Below, piece by piece: positions 1-21,631 of a stretch of DNA of 64,000 bases (the stretch's first letter is position 1; each line of letters begins with the position of its first letter). Both the position numbers and the translations under genes were made by a program. The DNA is from the human T2T-CHM13v2.0 reference genome, Homo sapiens. The stretch is taken from the NCBI RefSeq assembly GCF_009914755.1, contig NC_060944.1; one strand, 5' to 3'. The notes below the pieces were generated by a model. It did not search any database, was not told where the DNA came from, and saw only the letters and a program-made list of their open reading frames with translations.

Positions 1-483
1 GTGATTAGTATTTCCTGGGTTTCTCTACCCCGCAGCTGAAGACCTGCAGATGGATCCAGCACAAAAGGGACCTGCCATGCACACTCTCTGGAATGTACAT
101 CATCTTCTCACCCTTATTTGTTTGGCAAATTACAGAATTCTCAGTAGTAAAGAGACAATTTCACAATCTGCCCTGAGGCACACCGTCAAAAGGCAGGTAG
201 GCTGGGAAGGGCCAGCCACATTTCCTAATCTGCACCTCGGACTCCTTTTCCAGATCCACCCATCAACACGATCAAGTTAGTGAATCCCATGTCCTTACAG
301 CCAACAAAATGTTGGGCATTAAAACTTGCTGTATGTCACTGTCAGCTAACTTCCTCTTGGGCAGTTTACACATGCACAGAAAGCTAAACACTTTACACCC
401 ACTATCTCATTTAATCTATGCAACTCTTCTAGGAGGCTGATTCTTTGAGTCCTCCACTTTACAGATCAAGGAACTGAGGCTCA

Positions 484-810
<327 letters not shown>

Positions 811-1698
811 TCAAAAAAAAAAAAAAAAAAGAGGAACCCGATTGAGGTTTTCCTTCTTACATCATCCAGAGCTTCTCCTCTGCCCAGCAGGAGCACCCAT
901 ATTTCTTGGCTTGGCCCCTTCACCATCTCACCCTGTCCTGGTTACATTTCCAGCTCTTTACCGCCAACTCTCTCCCTGACCCCAGCAAGCCCTGTTTCCT
1001 ATCTTCAGCCACCAGAGCTTCATCCTTTCTATGCTCCAGCTGCGGGACTCAGCCCACACTGCCCTCAGGCCCACCCGCCTCCCTTCTCCCCAGCCTTCAA
1101 ATCCACATCAGGACACTTTCCCCACTCAAATCGGTCACGTCTTTGTTTGGAATTCTGGTTTCACATTCACTGTCCTGCAGCAGAGTTAATAATGTTTGTG
1201 TCTCCCTATTAACCTGAATACTATCTATGGTTATTGGGCACATACCATGTTCTACCCTCCACTCATTTATCCTCACGATGCTATCAAGTAGGTATCATTA
1301 TCATCTTACAGATAAGGAAACCGAGGCTCAGAGGGGTGAGCCACTTGCTCAAGGTCCACAGCTAAGAAGTGACAAAGCCAGAGCTTATATGATTAACCGC
1401 TACTGCCAGATGATTCTGGAAGGAACACCAGGGTGGGAGCATTTTTACCTCCTGCTGCCTTGCACACCCCAGGTGTTAGACGGGCAGAGTGTTGCTTCTC
1501 TGTGCCAGGCAATAGCTCAAACCTGCCCTTCTTGTGGTCCTGGGAGCCCACTGCCTAAGAAACTAATTCTTGGCTGGATGCGGTGGCTCACGCCTGTAAT
1601 CCCAGCACTTTGGGAGGCTGAGGCAGGCGGATCACCTGAGGTCGGGAGTTCAAGACCAGGCTGACCAACATGGAGAAACCCTGTCTCTACTAAAATTA

Positions 1699-1875
<177 letters not shown>

Positions 1876-3245
1876 TCAAAAAAAAAAAAAAAAGAAAGAA
1901 AAGAAAAGAAAAGAAAAGAAACTAATTCTTAGAGAAATTGTGAGTTCAGCATGCCTTGGAAAGAACTTTATAATTATACAACGTGCTAAGTCACAGGCAA
2001 TTTGGTCAGTCATTTGAAAACTGCCAATGCCATGGCTGATAATAATTCTGGAGGCTTGGAGCATATTAACACCAAAATGTTTCCTTTTTGGGGGTAGAGG
2101 CAGAAAGAGGGAACCTAAACATCCCCAGTAAATAAAAATTCCCCTGGAAACTATGGAAAGAAGACTCTTAACGGTTCAGGAGTGAACTGTGCCTCCCGCC
2201 CCCCTTCCCCCAGCACACAGGCAACTAATCTAGGAAATAAGATTGGTTTACGTCTTCCTTTAATCCAGGATTCCAACGGCCCTGTGTGCCTGAGGCAGAA
2301 GAGTTTGCCTAAAATATTTGTTAAGAGACTGGATGAGAATCTGTCACTTTCTCTCCAGGGGAATCTGGGCAATTGGGGGACAGAGGGGCAAACTAGCTGC
2401 AGAGGCTCCCAAAACAACGTTGCAATTGTCCTTCCAGCCTGGTGATAAATATGCAAGTGGGGCACTTTGTAGAATCTCCCGAAGGGCAGAGCTACCAGCC
2501 TCAGGCAAATTTTTCCCTCCCACTTAACCCCACCTGGCCCGGAAGAGCCTCAGGCCAGCTGACTTTGAACCTCACCCTCACACTTACCGCTAAGCTGCCG
2601 GCCCGCACGGTTTCGGCAGCTTCTTCTTTAAAGAGGTCTTTCCTTTGGATCCCAGCTGAAGCCTCAAACCTCAGTTCAAAACCAAATGCGCCTCAGCCCA
2701 CCCCGGAGTCAAACCCTGGGAATACGCAATGTGCATAGGGGACCTCTCCCAGGAAAATGAGGGGTCCTTTCTCAATCCACAGCAAAGCCCAGGCTCTCCC
2801 TCCCCACCGCCCTCTACTCCCGGTCTGGGTGGCAGGAGGGCACCGGAGAGCCCTGGAATTACCACCTGCACCGGGGGTCTAGGGGGTGCACAGTGTAGCA
2901 CTGCGGCCCACCAGGCTAGAAAGAGGGGCCAAGTGATCATAAACCACCACCTCCTAGCTCCAGCTGGCTGAGTCAGTGGAATGGGATTCCTAAACCTTGG
3001 TGGGTAGCGGATACCTTTGAGCAGACCATCATGGAAGTTCTGCCCGAAAGCGCAGGTGGGCGTCCAGAATGTTCGAGGGGGCCCCGAGGCGCGACCATAG
3101 ATGGGAGGAAACACTCCAATCCACTGGGGTAGGGGCGCTCGAGAAATCTGTAGTTGAACCCTTTTACCCATCAATTTAATTCAAGATTGGAAAGATGACA
3201 GATCTAAAGTGCCGTGCACAAGCCTCCTGTCTGACAGACACTGGG

Positions 3246-3253
3246 AACCGGTT
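3246..3253. promoter_or_regulatory. Perfect Grainyhead-like (GRHL) palindrome AACCGGTT in OVOL2 intron 2
   Basis: Exact consensus in unique sequence. GRHL2 is a known upstream activator of OVOL2. Confidence 0.55.
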
Positions 3254-3767
3254 CATGTTGGGAGAGGCCCACTATGTGTCAAGCTGCCGCCCAGGTCCAG
3301 AACATAAGCATGGGGGGTGAACTCTCAGAATCGCGGCGCCAGGAACTGCGTCCCAGAGGGTGGAATTTCTGAGAGCGCTGAGGCTTCCTTTCCAACCTCA
3401 GGAACTCCGACGGCCTTGGTTATTCTACAGGCCTAGCGCACAGAACGGGCTGCTGGCGGAAGGCAGTGATGCCTGTGCCTTTTCGGCAGTTCCAGAGGCA
3501 GCACTCGGCATCAGGCGGGGCCACCGGGAGGACGGAGCCCACTCCGGGAACCGGCCGCCCCTGCGCAGCAGCTACCCTGCGGGCGGGAGGACGCGCCGAG
3601 GCGCCCTGGCCGCCGCCCAGGGGCAGGTGCAGGAGCGGCGCGGCGGGCGCGCTCGGGGCGCGGGTGCCGGGTTGCGCAGGCGGGCGCGGCAGGGAGGGGC
3701 GCCGGCCTCGGGAGCCCGACGCCAGGGCGTGGTGCAGGTGGCGGCGGGGGCAGAGTCGACACAGTAC

Positions 3768-3988
3768 CTTGATTTTCGATCTGGCGACCGGGCGCTGCTT
3801 GGTCGCCAGGTGTCCATCGGGGCCCTCGGCGTCGCCGGGCTCGGGGGTTTCGCTCTCGGGGGCGTGCGGGGACGAGCTGCTCTCTGCTCCTCCAGGCTCC
3901 CCCGCGCTGCTGCTGCCGCTGCCGCTGCTGCTGCCGCCGTCGCTGCGGCAGTCCTCGGGGGGGTCGTGGAGCAGGCGGCCTAGGCCCA
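3768..3988 (-). CDS. OVOL2: OVOL2 coding exon 2 (Ser/Gly/Pro-rich linker before the zinc fingers)
   Basis: Acceptor ctccctccacAG|TG at 3989/3988 and donor AAG|GTACTG at 3768/3767. 221 nt, so 100+221 = 107 codons: VGLGRLLHDPPEDCRSDGGSSSGSGSSSAGEPGG...ARSKIK. The zinc-finger exons lie beyond the left edge of the window. Confidence 0.98.
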
Positions 3989-4645
3989 CTGTGGAGGGAG
4001 GGGCCGCGCCCCGACACACACACTCGGCGTCAACCCGCACGCCCGCGGCAGTTTGACCTGCGGGCGGTGCTGCCGCCGCCCCGCCCCGGACCTGGGCACC
4101 TCGCCAAGTGGGCAACGTCGCGGGGGAGGCCAGTAAGCCCCGAATCGGCCCACAGAGCTAGCTTGGGGTGCTCGGAGCCTCTTTCCGGTCCCAGCCAAGG
4201 CGCCCACGAGGAACCGGGCGGCCACGAGCGGCGGAGGACCCCGCGCGCCAAGTTTCCTCTCAGGGCGGGGGAGGCGGATCTGACCTCTCCCCAGCTAGCC
4301 CCAGAAGGGTTGGCGAGCCTTTGTGCACCCCCATGAGGACGTGAGATTGGGGGTAGCCTCTGCTGGCTTTCAATCCCTTTCCTGGGCCACCTTGGCCCGC
4401 GCTGCAGCCAACGGTCCCGCCGCCGGGCAATTAGAGGCTCCCACTACGGGGAAGGGGGCGCCTAGAGTCTGGGGCATCCCAGTCCCTCATTGCCTGCCCT
4501 AACCCGCCTAGAAGACCCCCGCGTGCCCCCCGGAAGAGGGGGATGAGGTGGGGAGCCCGCCCCTGCCGATGAGCAGAGAAGACCCGCCACCCCTTCCCCC
4601 ACCCCGGGAGCCCAGCGCCCAGGCCCGGCCCCCGCGCGCGCTCAC

Positions 4646-4745
4646 CTGGGATGTAGGTGTCTGCCCTTTTCTCATCCGGGAGCTCATCCCAGCTGCGGAC
4701 CGAGACCCCCAGGCTCCTCCTCTTCACCAGGAAGACTTTGGGCAT
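4646..4745 (-). CDS. OVOL2: OVOL2 coding exon 1 (MPKVFLVKRR... SNAG repression domain)
   Basis: ATG at 4745-4743 in an ACCATG context. Translates MPKVFLVKRRSLGVSVRSWDELPDEKRADTYIP plus one base, which matches the OVOL2 N-terminus. Donor CCAG|GTGAG at 4646/4645. 100 coding nt. Confidence 0.98.
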
Positions 4746-4924
4746 GGTGGGGTCCCCTCTCCCGACTGCGGCCCCCTCCTCCCGGCTGCTCCCCGCTAGG
4801 GGCAACGGCGGCGGCTCCGTCCCCGGCTCCCGGCGGCCAGAGCCCACCTTCCCGCCTCGCCTGCCCTCTTCCTCCACCCCCCGCCGCGGCGCGGCCCAGG
4901 CCTCTCCCCCGCACGCCTGGCGAC

Positions 4925-5240
4925 TCCCAGCCTCCCGGCTCGGCGACACCTATGCCTTAAATCGCGAGTGAGACCACGCCGGGGAAAAAGTTTCATAAGG
5001 TGGAATAGAAAAGGCACCAGGAAACTTGGGACTGAGCATGCGCCCTGCAACATAACGGTGTCAACAAGCTCGCTACCTGTCCGACCGGTTCCGGCGGCCG
5101 GGGCTGCCTGTTCCAGCCCTTCCTTAGGCATGAATGTTTGCAAAAGAATTTAAAGTCTGTTCTTCCCCCTCCTCTTTTTAAGAAAGGAAGAACATTTTTT
5201 AATCAACCCCCGCCCCATTCCCCCATCACCTGCACCTCGA
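4925..5240 (-). promoter_or_regulatory. OVOL2: OVOL2 proximal promoter
   Basis: TATA-like ATTTAAG on the minus strand (~4956-4962); OVO site CCGTTA (plus TAACGG 5053-5058); GRHL-like GACCGGTT 5083-5090 overlapping ETS TTCCGG 5089-5094; E-box CACCTG 5227-5232. The positions of the known PPCD1 alleles c.-274, c.-307 and c.-370 (5019, 5052, 5115) all show the expected reference T (plus-strand A). Confidence 0.85.
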
Positions 5241-5989
5241 GGCGAGCTCTTCGAGGTAAACCCCAGGTTCGCCTCCCAGGGCACCCCTCCGGTGAGTTGG
5301 GGCCTCCCACGAGTTGCCCCCCTCCCCCGCCCGGTGGATTTGTCTTCGACGAGCCAGAAAATGGCTCAGTTCCCCTGGACCTTGTGGAGCCTTCCTGGGG
5401 CTTGATGAAATCTGGGCGGTCAGAAGGGGGAGGCGGCGGGAGACTTCCAAGGATTCTGATTATTAATAATGGGGGGTGGGGGCTTAGGGGCTTAAGCTTT
5501 CCATCAGCTACAACACCCCCCCCCCATAAGCAGTAAAAATAAATTTAAAAATTCGGCATCTTTAGACCACGTTATTTTTCTGACTAGTATCATACAATCT
5601 AAGAAAAACAAGCCTTGCCCCGCCAAAGCAGCTTCTCCTCACAAGACGTTGCACCCCCCGAGAGCCCCCTCACCCCAAGTAAACACACAATAGAAACAAA
5701 AGCCAGGAGCATATTATGCAAATGCAGCTTCAAAACAAGCCCCCAATCCTCGCCCACTCCCACCGTTGCCTCTCCTAACCACCCGATCCCCAAATTCTGA
5801 GACTGGGAAATACCTTTCCAGGAAGCTAGCATAGTGAACATTGGCTACATCTTCTAGCCGCCCCTACCGGGGAGGTAGGAAAGCTTTGCATTTATTATTA
5901 TATCTGTTTGTTCCTATCAACCTTTATGCCTGGAGGGGAGAGGGAGAGAAGGAGGGGGAGTTGGTAAAATATGCCAAGTTTGTAAAGCA

Positions 5990-6410
5990 GTTGTGCTCAC
6001 GTTGCGGGGCGCGCTGCCCTTCCCAAGGCCTTGTTCGGGTGCGCCCAGGACAACCGGCACAGCCTCTTGTGTCGCTGCGGTCGCCCTCCTCCAGGAGGTC
6101 GTCAGACGTGTGCCAGCTGCCGGGTGCTGCGGGGGCGCGTCTGGTCAGGGATGCCCTGGAGCCCAAGGCTCACCCAACAGCCAGCCTCACCTGTCTGTAA
6201 CCTGACCCTCCGCGCTCCCAGCCTACAGGGCCCGGGAATCAACACAGCGGTTTTCCCTGTTCCCTTCCGCCCTGAATGGCCCTTGGGGACACAACCGCCT
6301 GGTAACGGATTTCTCGGCGCTACTGGCGGACTCGCGCGGCGCAGGGAGCCGGGGCGCAGCTCTGCCGGGGCTGCGGGCGGGACCGGTGCGCGGCGCCTCT
6401 AGGTCTGCCC
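5990..6410 (-). promoter_or_regulatory. Second CpG-rich block; probable upstream alternative promoter / non-coding first exon of OVOL2
   Basis: Separate CpG-rich segment with minus-strand donors CAG|GTGAGG (6191/6190) and AAC|GTGAGC (6001/6000), and an OVO site TAACGG at 6303-6308. Confidence 0.55.
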
Positions 6411-6505
6411 TCAAGGAGTCACCCTCTCTGGACTGAACTCTGAACTCCAGCTTTTCTCTAAGAAAAACCAGCTAAGAACGAAAAAGACTTTGATCCCGGT
6501 GAGCC

Positions 6506-6541
6506 GGAGGAGGAGGAGGAGGAGGAGGAGGAGGAGGAGGA
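6506..6541 (+). repeat. (GGA)12 trinucleotide microsatellite
   Basis: 36 bp pure GGA run. Confidence 0.97.
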
Positions 6542-7244
6542 AGACATTTCTGTAGCGGTGCAGGAAAACAAGGCTTCTTGTCTATGAGGCTGATGGGGCA
6601 GCTTCCGGGAGACTCTGCAGATGTATTTTTATCCACCAACAAACGGGATTTGCTAGAAAGAAGGAGCTTGGGTGAATGGAAGAGTAAAAATGAAGTACAA
6701 CTATGAAGTTACAGAATTATTCCCAGTCTTTAAAAATCTTCAAAACTTCACTTCGTTCAGAACTTCCAATTATACAGAAGAGGCTGTCAACTCCATTAAC
6801 AAAGCTTTTTTTTCCTTTCACTGGATTTCAAACCAGTGAGTGTCTTGACTACTTTGCCTATTTGTATTATTTTAAAAGATTATAGGATGATGAGGTATAA
6901 GGCTAGAAACCTCCAAAGCAATGCAACCTTTATAGGTTTGGGGATGAAGACTTAACAGGATAACAACCTTTTTATTCTATGGTCGTTGGATGCACACCTA
7001 CTATATTTGCTGGGTGCTTCCTGAGGAGAAAGGAATTTAATGTGTTTTATTTCTCTCTTTTTTCTTGATCAGATGTGATAGGGGTCTATCAAAATTATTA
7101 ACATGTACAAAGAACCAGCTTTTATCTTGGTTGACTTGCCTCCATTGTAAGGTCGGTTTTCTAAGTATTATGAGAGGAGTTGATAGAGTATCCCAGAAAG
7201 CAGGATAAGAAGTGAACCCAATTCTCCTTTTCTTGCACTACTAT

Positions 7245-8200
7245 TATATGCTTATACACTGTTGGTGAGAATGCAAATTAATTCAGCCCCTGTGGAAAGC
7301 AGTTTGGAGATTTCTCAAAGAACTAAGAATAGAATTACCACTGGACCCACCAATCCAATTACTGGATATACAACCAAAGGAAAACAAATCGCTTTACCAA
7401 TAAACACTTGTGTGTTTATTGCAGCACTATTCACAGTAGGAAAGACATAGTATCAACCCAGGTGCCCATCGATGGTGGACTCAATAAAGAAAATATGGTA
7501 CATATACACCATGGAATACTATGCTGCCACAAAAAAGAATGAAATCACATATTTGCAGCAACATGGATGCAACTGGAGGCCATTATCTGGGCAAATTAAC
7601 TCAGAAACAGAAAATCTAATACTGTAGGTTCTCAATTAGAAGTGGGAGCTAAACATTGGGTACACACAGATTCAAAGATGGGAACAGTTAACACAGGGGA
7701 TTTCAAAAGTGGGGAGGGAGAGAGGGGGAAAGCCTTGAGAAACTACCTATCAGGTACTATGTTCACTATTTGTTTTTATTTTCATTTTATTTTTGAGACA
7801 GAGTTTCCCTCTGTCCCCAGGCTGGAGTGCAATGGTGAGATCTCAGCTCACTGCAACATCTGCCTCCTGGGCTCAAGCAATTCCCGTGCCTCAGTCTCCC
7901 AAGTAGCCAGGACTATGGGCATGCACCACCACACCTGGCTAATTTTTGTATTTTTGGTAGAGACAGGGTTTCACCATGTTAGCCAGGCTGGCCTCGAACT
8001 CCCGAGCTCAAGTGATCCGCCCCCCTCGCCCTCCCAAAGTGTTGGGATTATAGACATGAGCCACCACAACCGGCCTGTGTTCACTATTTGGGAGATAGGA
8101 TCATTGGAAGCCCACACTTCAGCATCATGCAATTTACCCATGTAACAAACCTGCACATGTACCCCCGAATCTAAAATTAAAAAAGAAAAGAAAAAGTAAA
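7245..8200 (+). mobile_element. L1 3' end (L1PB/L1MA-type) interrupted by an Alu
   Basis: L1 ORF2 C-terminus and 3'UTR motifs (ggaatactatgctgccacaaaaaagaatgaaatc; catgtaacaaacctgcacatgtacccc) plus an A-tail. Alu TSD tgttcactatttg. Confidence 0.88.
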
Positions 8201-8313
8201 TAATGCTTTAAAGCTTTTTCACATTATTTCCTAAATACCTTTATTTACATTCATTTGGCAATATTATTTGTCCCATTTTTTAAGAAGGAGGGAAAATAGG
8301 CTATGAGAAACTA

Positions 8314-8719
<406 letters not shown>

Positions 8720-9399
8720 TAGATGGGATTACAGGCGCCTGACACCACACCTGGCTAATTTTTGTATTTTTAGTAGAGATGGGGTTTCACCATGTTGGCC
8801 AGGCTGGTCTCGAACTCCTACCTTATGATCCACCCGCCTCAGCGTCCCGAAGTGCTGGGATTACAGGTGTGAGTCACTGTTCCCAGCCCAATTATTCTTC
8901 ATATGCACATCCTCATATCTCATTTGCAACAAAGTCAGTTTAACTTATTTATTAAATAACAAACGATCTGCATAAGTTAAAAATATATAAAAGTAGACAT
9001 TTATATCTGAGCCTCTTATTACATTAAGTACAAAATATACTTTTGATTGTCTTGTCAAACTGTAGAGATGTGTTGCTGAGATAGTGCAGGTACGTTTGGT
9101 AGAGTTGAGTGAATTCTGGGTGTAGCTACTGGCCTTGAAATAGATTCATTTCCATTCCTTCCACCTGGGATCGTGGCCTCTGCCTTATTTGGACGGAGCC
9201 CTCAGTATGAAAGCAATTTATCTGGCTCATATTACACAATGTGTTAAATACCTTGTTACCTCTTTAAATATAGACATTTTGGTCATAGTCAAAGTTGAAT
9301 ACTCAGAACTTAAAAACACACACAAGATGTTAATAAAAACAATTTCAATTTTAAAAAAAGAAGAAATGAATCCAATTCTTTACAAATCTCAAGACTGAA

Positions 9400-9770
9400 G
9401 TTGGAAGAGACAGGAGACATAATGTGGTCCATACCCCGCCCAATATTGGGGGTGAGGGGTCTGTACAGCATCCTTGGTAGGTATGTATCTAGCCCTGCTT
9501 GAATACTTCTAGTGTTGGGAAGCTCACTGTCTCAAAAAGCAACCTATTCTCTGGTTAGACAACAATGATGCTAGAAAGCTTTTCTTTCTGCTTGTGGAAA
9601 TCTGCTTTCCTGCCCTTCCATCTCCCCTTTTATTCTGTCATCCAGGGCTGCTGAGACTCCCCCTGTACTCCCTCCCCCTGGTAGCTCTTCAAATTCTTGA
9701 AAGCAGCCATCTGCACCCTCACTTAAGACTTCTTTTCTCCAGTAATATATATTCAGGTTGAAAGGAGGCA
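9400..9770. mobile_element. Ancient L3/CR1-like fragment
   Basis: Motif tctagccctgcttgaatacttctagtg...gggaagctcactg is typical of L3. Confidence 0.45.
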
Positions 9771-9836
9771 GGTACAAACCTGCTCAGTGGCATCCCTGGA
9801 GCACACAGCAATAAGGAGAGGGTAAGATGTTGTTGA

Positions 9837-10076
<240 letters not shown>

Positions 10077-10299
10077 TGATCTTGAACTCCCTACCTTAGA
10101 TGATCCGCCCACCTCGGCCTCCCAAAGTGCTGGGATTACAAGCGTGAGCCACCGCGCCTCCCACCTAAACTTTTAATTGAAGTATAGTACAGTATTAGGA
10201 AAATGATATATTTTTACCCACTGAACTCACTAGTGGAAAAAGCACCCAAGTACAAGCCAAGGGTGCCTGCTCTCACCACCCCACTCACATTAGATTGCT

Positions 10300-13890
<3,591 letters not shown>

Positions 13891-14038
13891 ATTCAACAAA
13901 ATTGCCAGGTGTGGTGACTCACGCTTGTAATCCCAGCACTTTGGGAGGTCAAGGCGGGTGGATTACTTGAGGCCAGGAGTTCACCAATGTGGTGAAAGAC
14001 TGTCTCTACTAAAAAAAATTAAAAATAAATTCAACAAA

Positions 14039-15209
<1,171 letters not shown>

Positions 15210-15373
15210 TCAACAAAAATCCCAAAGAAAGACAAAGACAGGCTGGGTTTTCAAGAAAGTTCAACAAAAATCCCAAGGACAGACAAAGAGAGGCTGTGGT
15301 TTCAGGCTAGTAATGTTGGATTTCTAAACCAGGAAAGTAAGAACAATTATTATTATTATTATTATTATTTTGA

Positions 15374-15499
<126 letters not shown>

Positions 15500-15709
15500 T
15501 AAGTTTTTGTATTTTTAGTAGAGACGGGGGTTTCACCAGGTTGGTCAGGCTGGTCTCAAACTCCTGACCTCAGGTGATCCATCCACCTCAGCCTCCCAAA
15601 GTGCTGGGATTACTGGCATGAGCCACTGTGCCCAGCCAGAATAATTATTATTATTTCACTGTGTATATATATAATATACACTCTTGTCTGTAAAATATAT
15701 TTTACGACA

Positions 15710-17420
<1,711 letters not shown>

Positions 17421-18123
17421 TAATTTTTAAAAGAGAAAACCTAATCAGTTAGAATAGTGGGCATGTGTCATGCTTATAGGAACCTGCTGCACACCTTTAT
17501 GCTTGGGCAATTTCCCACTTATGAGTTAACTTCCTCACAACAGAGTCTGCAAATTACTTTCCCAGACTCCATGCTACTGAGTGCAAGCGTGTGACCCAAG
17601 TTCTATGGCTGGGATTTTCCCATAGACTCCAGTTAAAAACAAACAACATAAACAACATGAACCAAGACGAGCTGCCAGTGTCTGCTGGGGCAAGGGTGAC
17701 GGAGAGAGACCTCCGAAGCTTGGAGGGTGCTGTGGCCAGGTTCCTGGTGGTCGAGCCCTGTACTCAGCGAGAATGGTAGTTAGTTACTCAGGCATCCTGG
17801 ACAGAGATGGCTGAAACAGACACCCTCGCAGGAGTGGCCTGCACTTTAATTTGAGCATCGATTCAGGACGCTTCCTTGCAAGATGGAGTCTCCATCTCCC
17901 GAGATTCCATGAGCTACCTAGCAGTGTTTAACACACTCCTTTTCTGATTCAGCTGGCTACAGTGAGTTCTGCTGCCACATCCTGGGTCATCGATTCTGCC
18001 ATTGGTGTCCTAGGACAGCATTAAGACCTTCAGCTGTCTTCTGATTGAGGACAAGATCATGGTGTCTCATCGTCCCCACCCCACTGTAATTCAAAATAAA
18101 AACAATGCTAAACCACAAAATAG

Positions 18124-18576
<453 letters not shown>

Positions 18577-18840
18577 TAGTCTTGCACTGTCCAAATAGGA
18601 ACTGCAGTTGGTTACATGTGGCTACTGGCTATTGAGCACTTGACAGGTGGGTAGTCTGAAATGAGATGTGCTATAAGGGTAAAATACACACCAGATTCCA
18701 AGTATTTAATATGAAAAAAATAATGTAAAACATTAACTGTTTGTATATTCATTTACATGTTGAAATGATAGTGTTTTGGATATATCAGGGTAAATAAAAT
18801 ATATTATTAAAATCAATGTTTTAAACTTTTATTTATTTTA

Positions 18841-19156
<316 letters not shown>

Positions 19157-19394
19157 TATTTTAAATTTTTTTAAGAGATGGGAATCTCACTATGTTGCCC
19201 AGGTTGGAGTCCAGTGGCTATTCACAGGCACAATCACAGCTCACTGCAGCCTCGAGCTCCTAGGCTCAAGGGATCCTCTTGTTTCAGCCTCTCTAGTAGC
19301 TGGGACTACAGGGCCATGCCACCATGTGTGGCTCTTTAAAAAACTTTTTATGTGGATACTAGGAGATTTCATATTACACCTGTGGTTCACATAG

Positions 19395-19748
<354 letters not shown>

Positions 19749-20084
19749 TAATTTTTTGTATTTTTAGTAGAGACAGGGTTTCACCATGTCAGCCAGGCTG
19801 CTCTCAAACTCCTAACCTCGTCATCCGCCCGCCTTGGTCTCCGGAAGTGCTGAGGTTACAGGTGTGAGCCACTGCGCCTGGCTGTTCACATTGTATTTCT
19901 ACTGGACAGTGGTTCTAGACTATTTAGACTGACATGAAGAGCCTGTATTGTTCTGGAAGGCTCACTTCAGGTATTCCTCCAATGTTCCTGATCAGCATTC
20001 GATTGAGTGGGGGATGAGAAGGAGATTGCATTGAAAGGCCAGTGATTTGGCTTTGAAACCTGGCTCTGCTACTGATAAGCTCTA

Positions 20085-21044
<960 letters not shown>

Positions 21045-21136
21045 CTACTTTTAAGCCCCTCATTAGAGATATACAAATTTTATTTATTTATTTATTTATT
21101 TTGAGACAGAGTCTCACTCTGCCACCCAGGCTGTAG

Positions 21137-21631
<495 letters not shown>

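Larger units (their letters stand above)
3330..5460. promoter_or_regulatory. CpG island over the OVOL2 promoter and exons 1-2
   Basis: Very high GC and CpG density compared with the CpG-depleted flanks. Edges approximate. Confidence 0.92.

Noticed and set aside
3360-4336. Long plus-strand and alternative-frame ORFs over exon 2 (207, 196 and 170 aa; poly-Ala)
   Set aside because: Expected in GC-rich CpG-island DNA with few stop codons. They are antisense or out-of-frame shadows of OVOL2, mostly with non-ATG starts.
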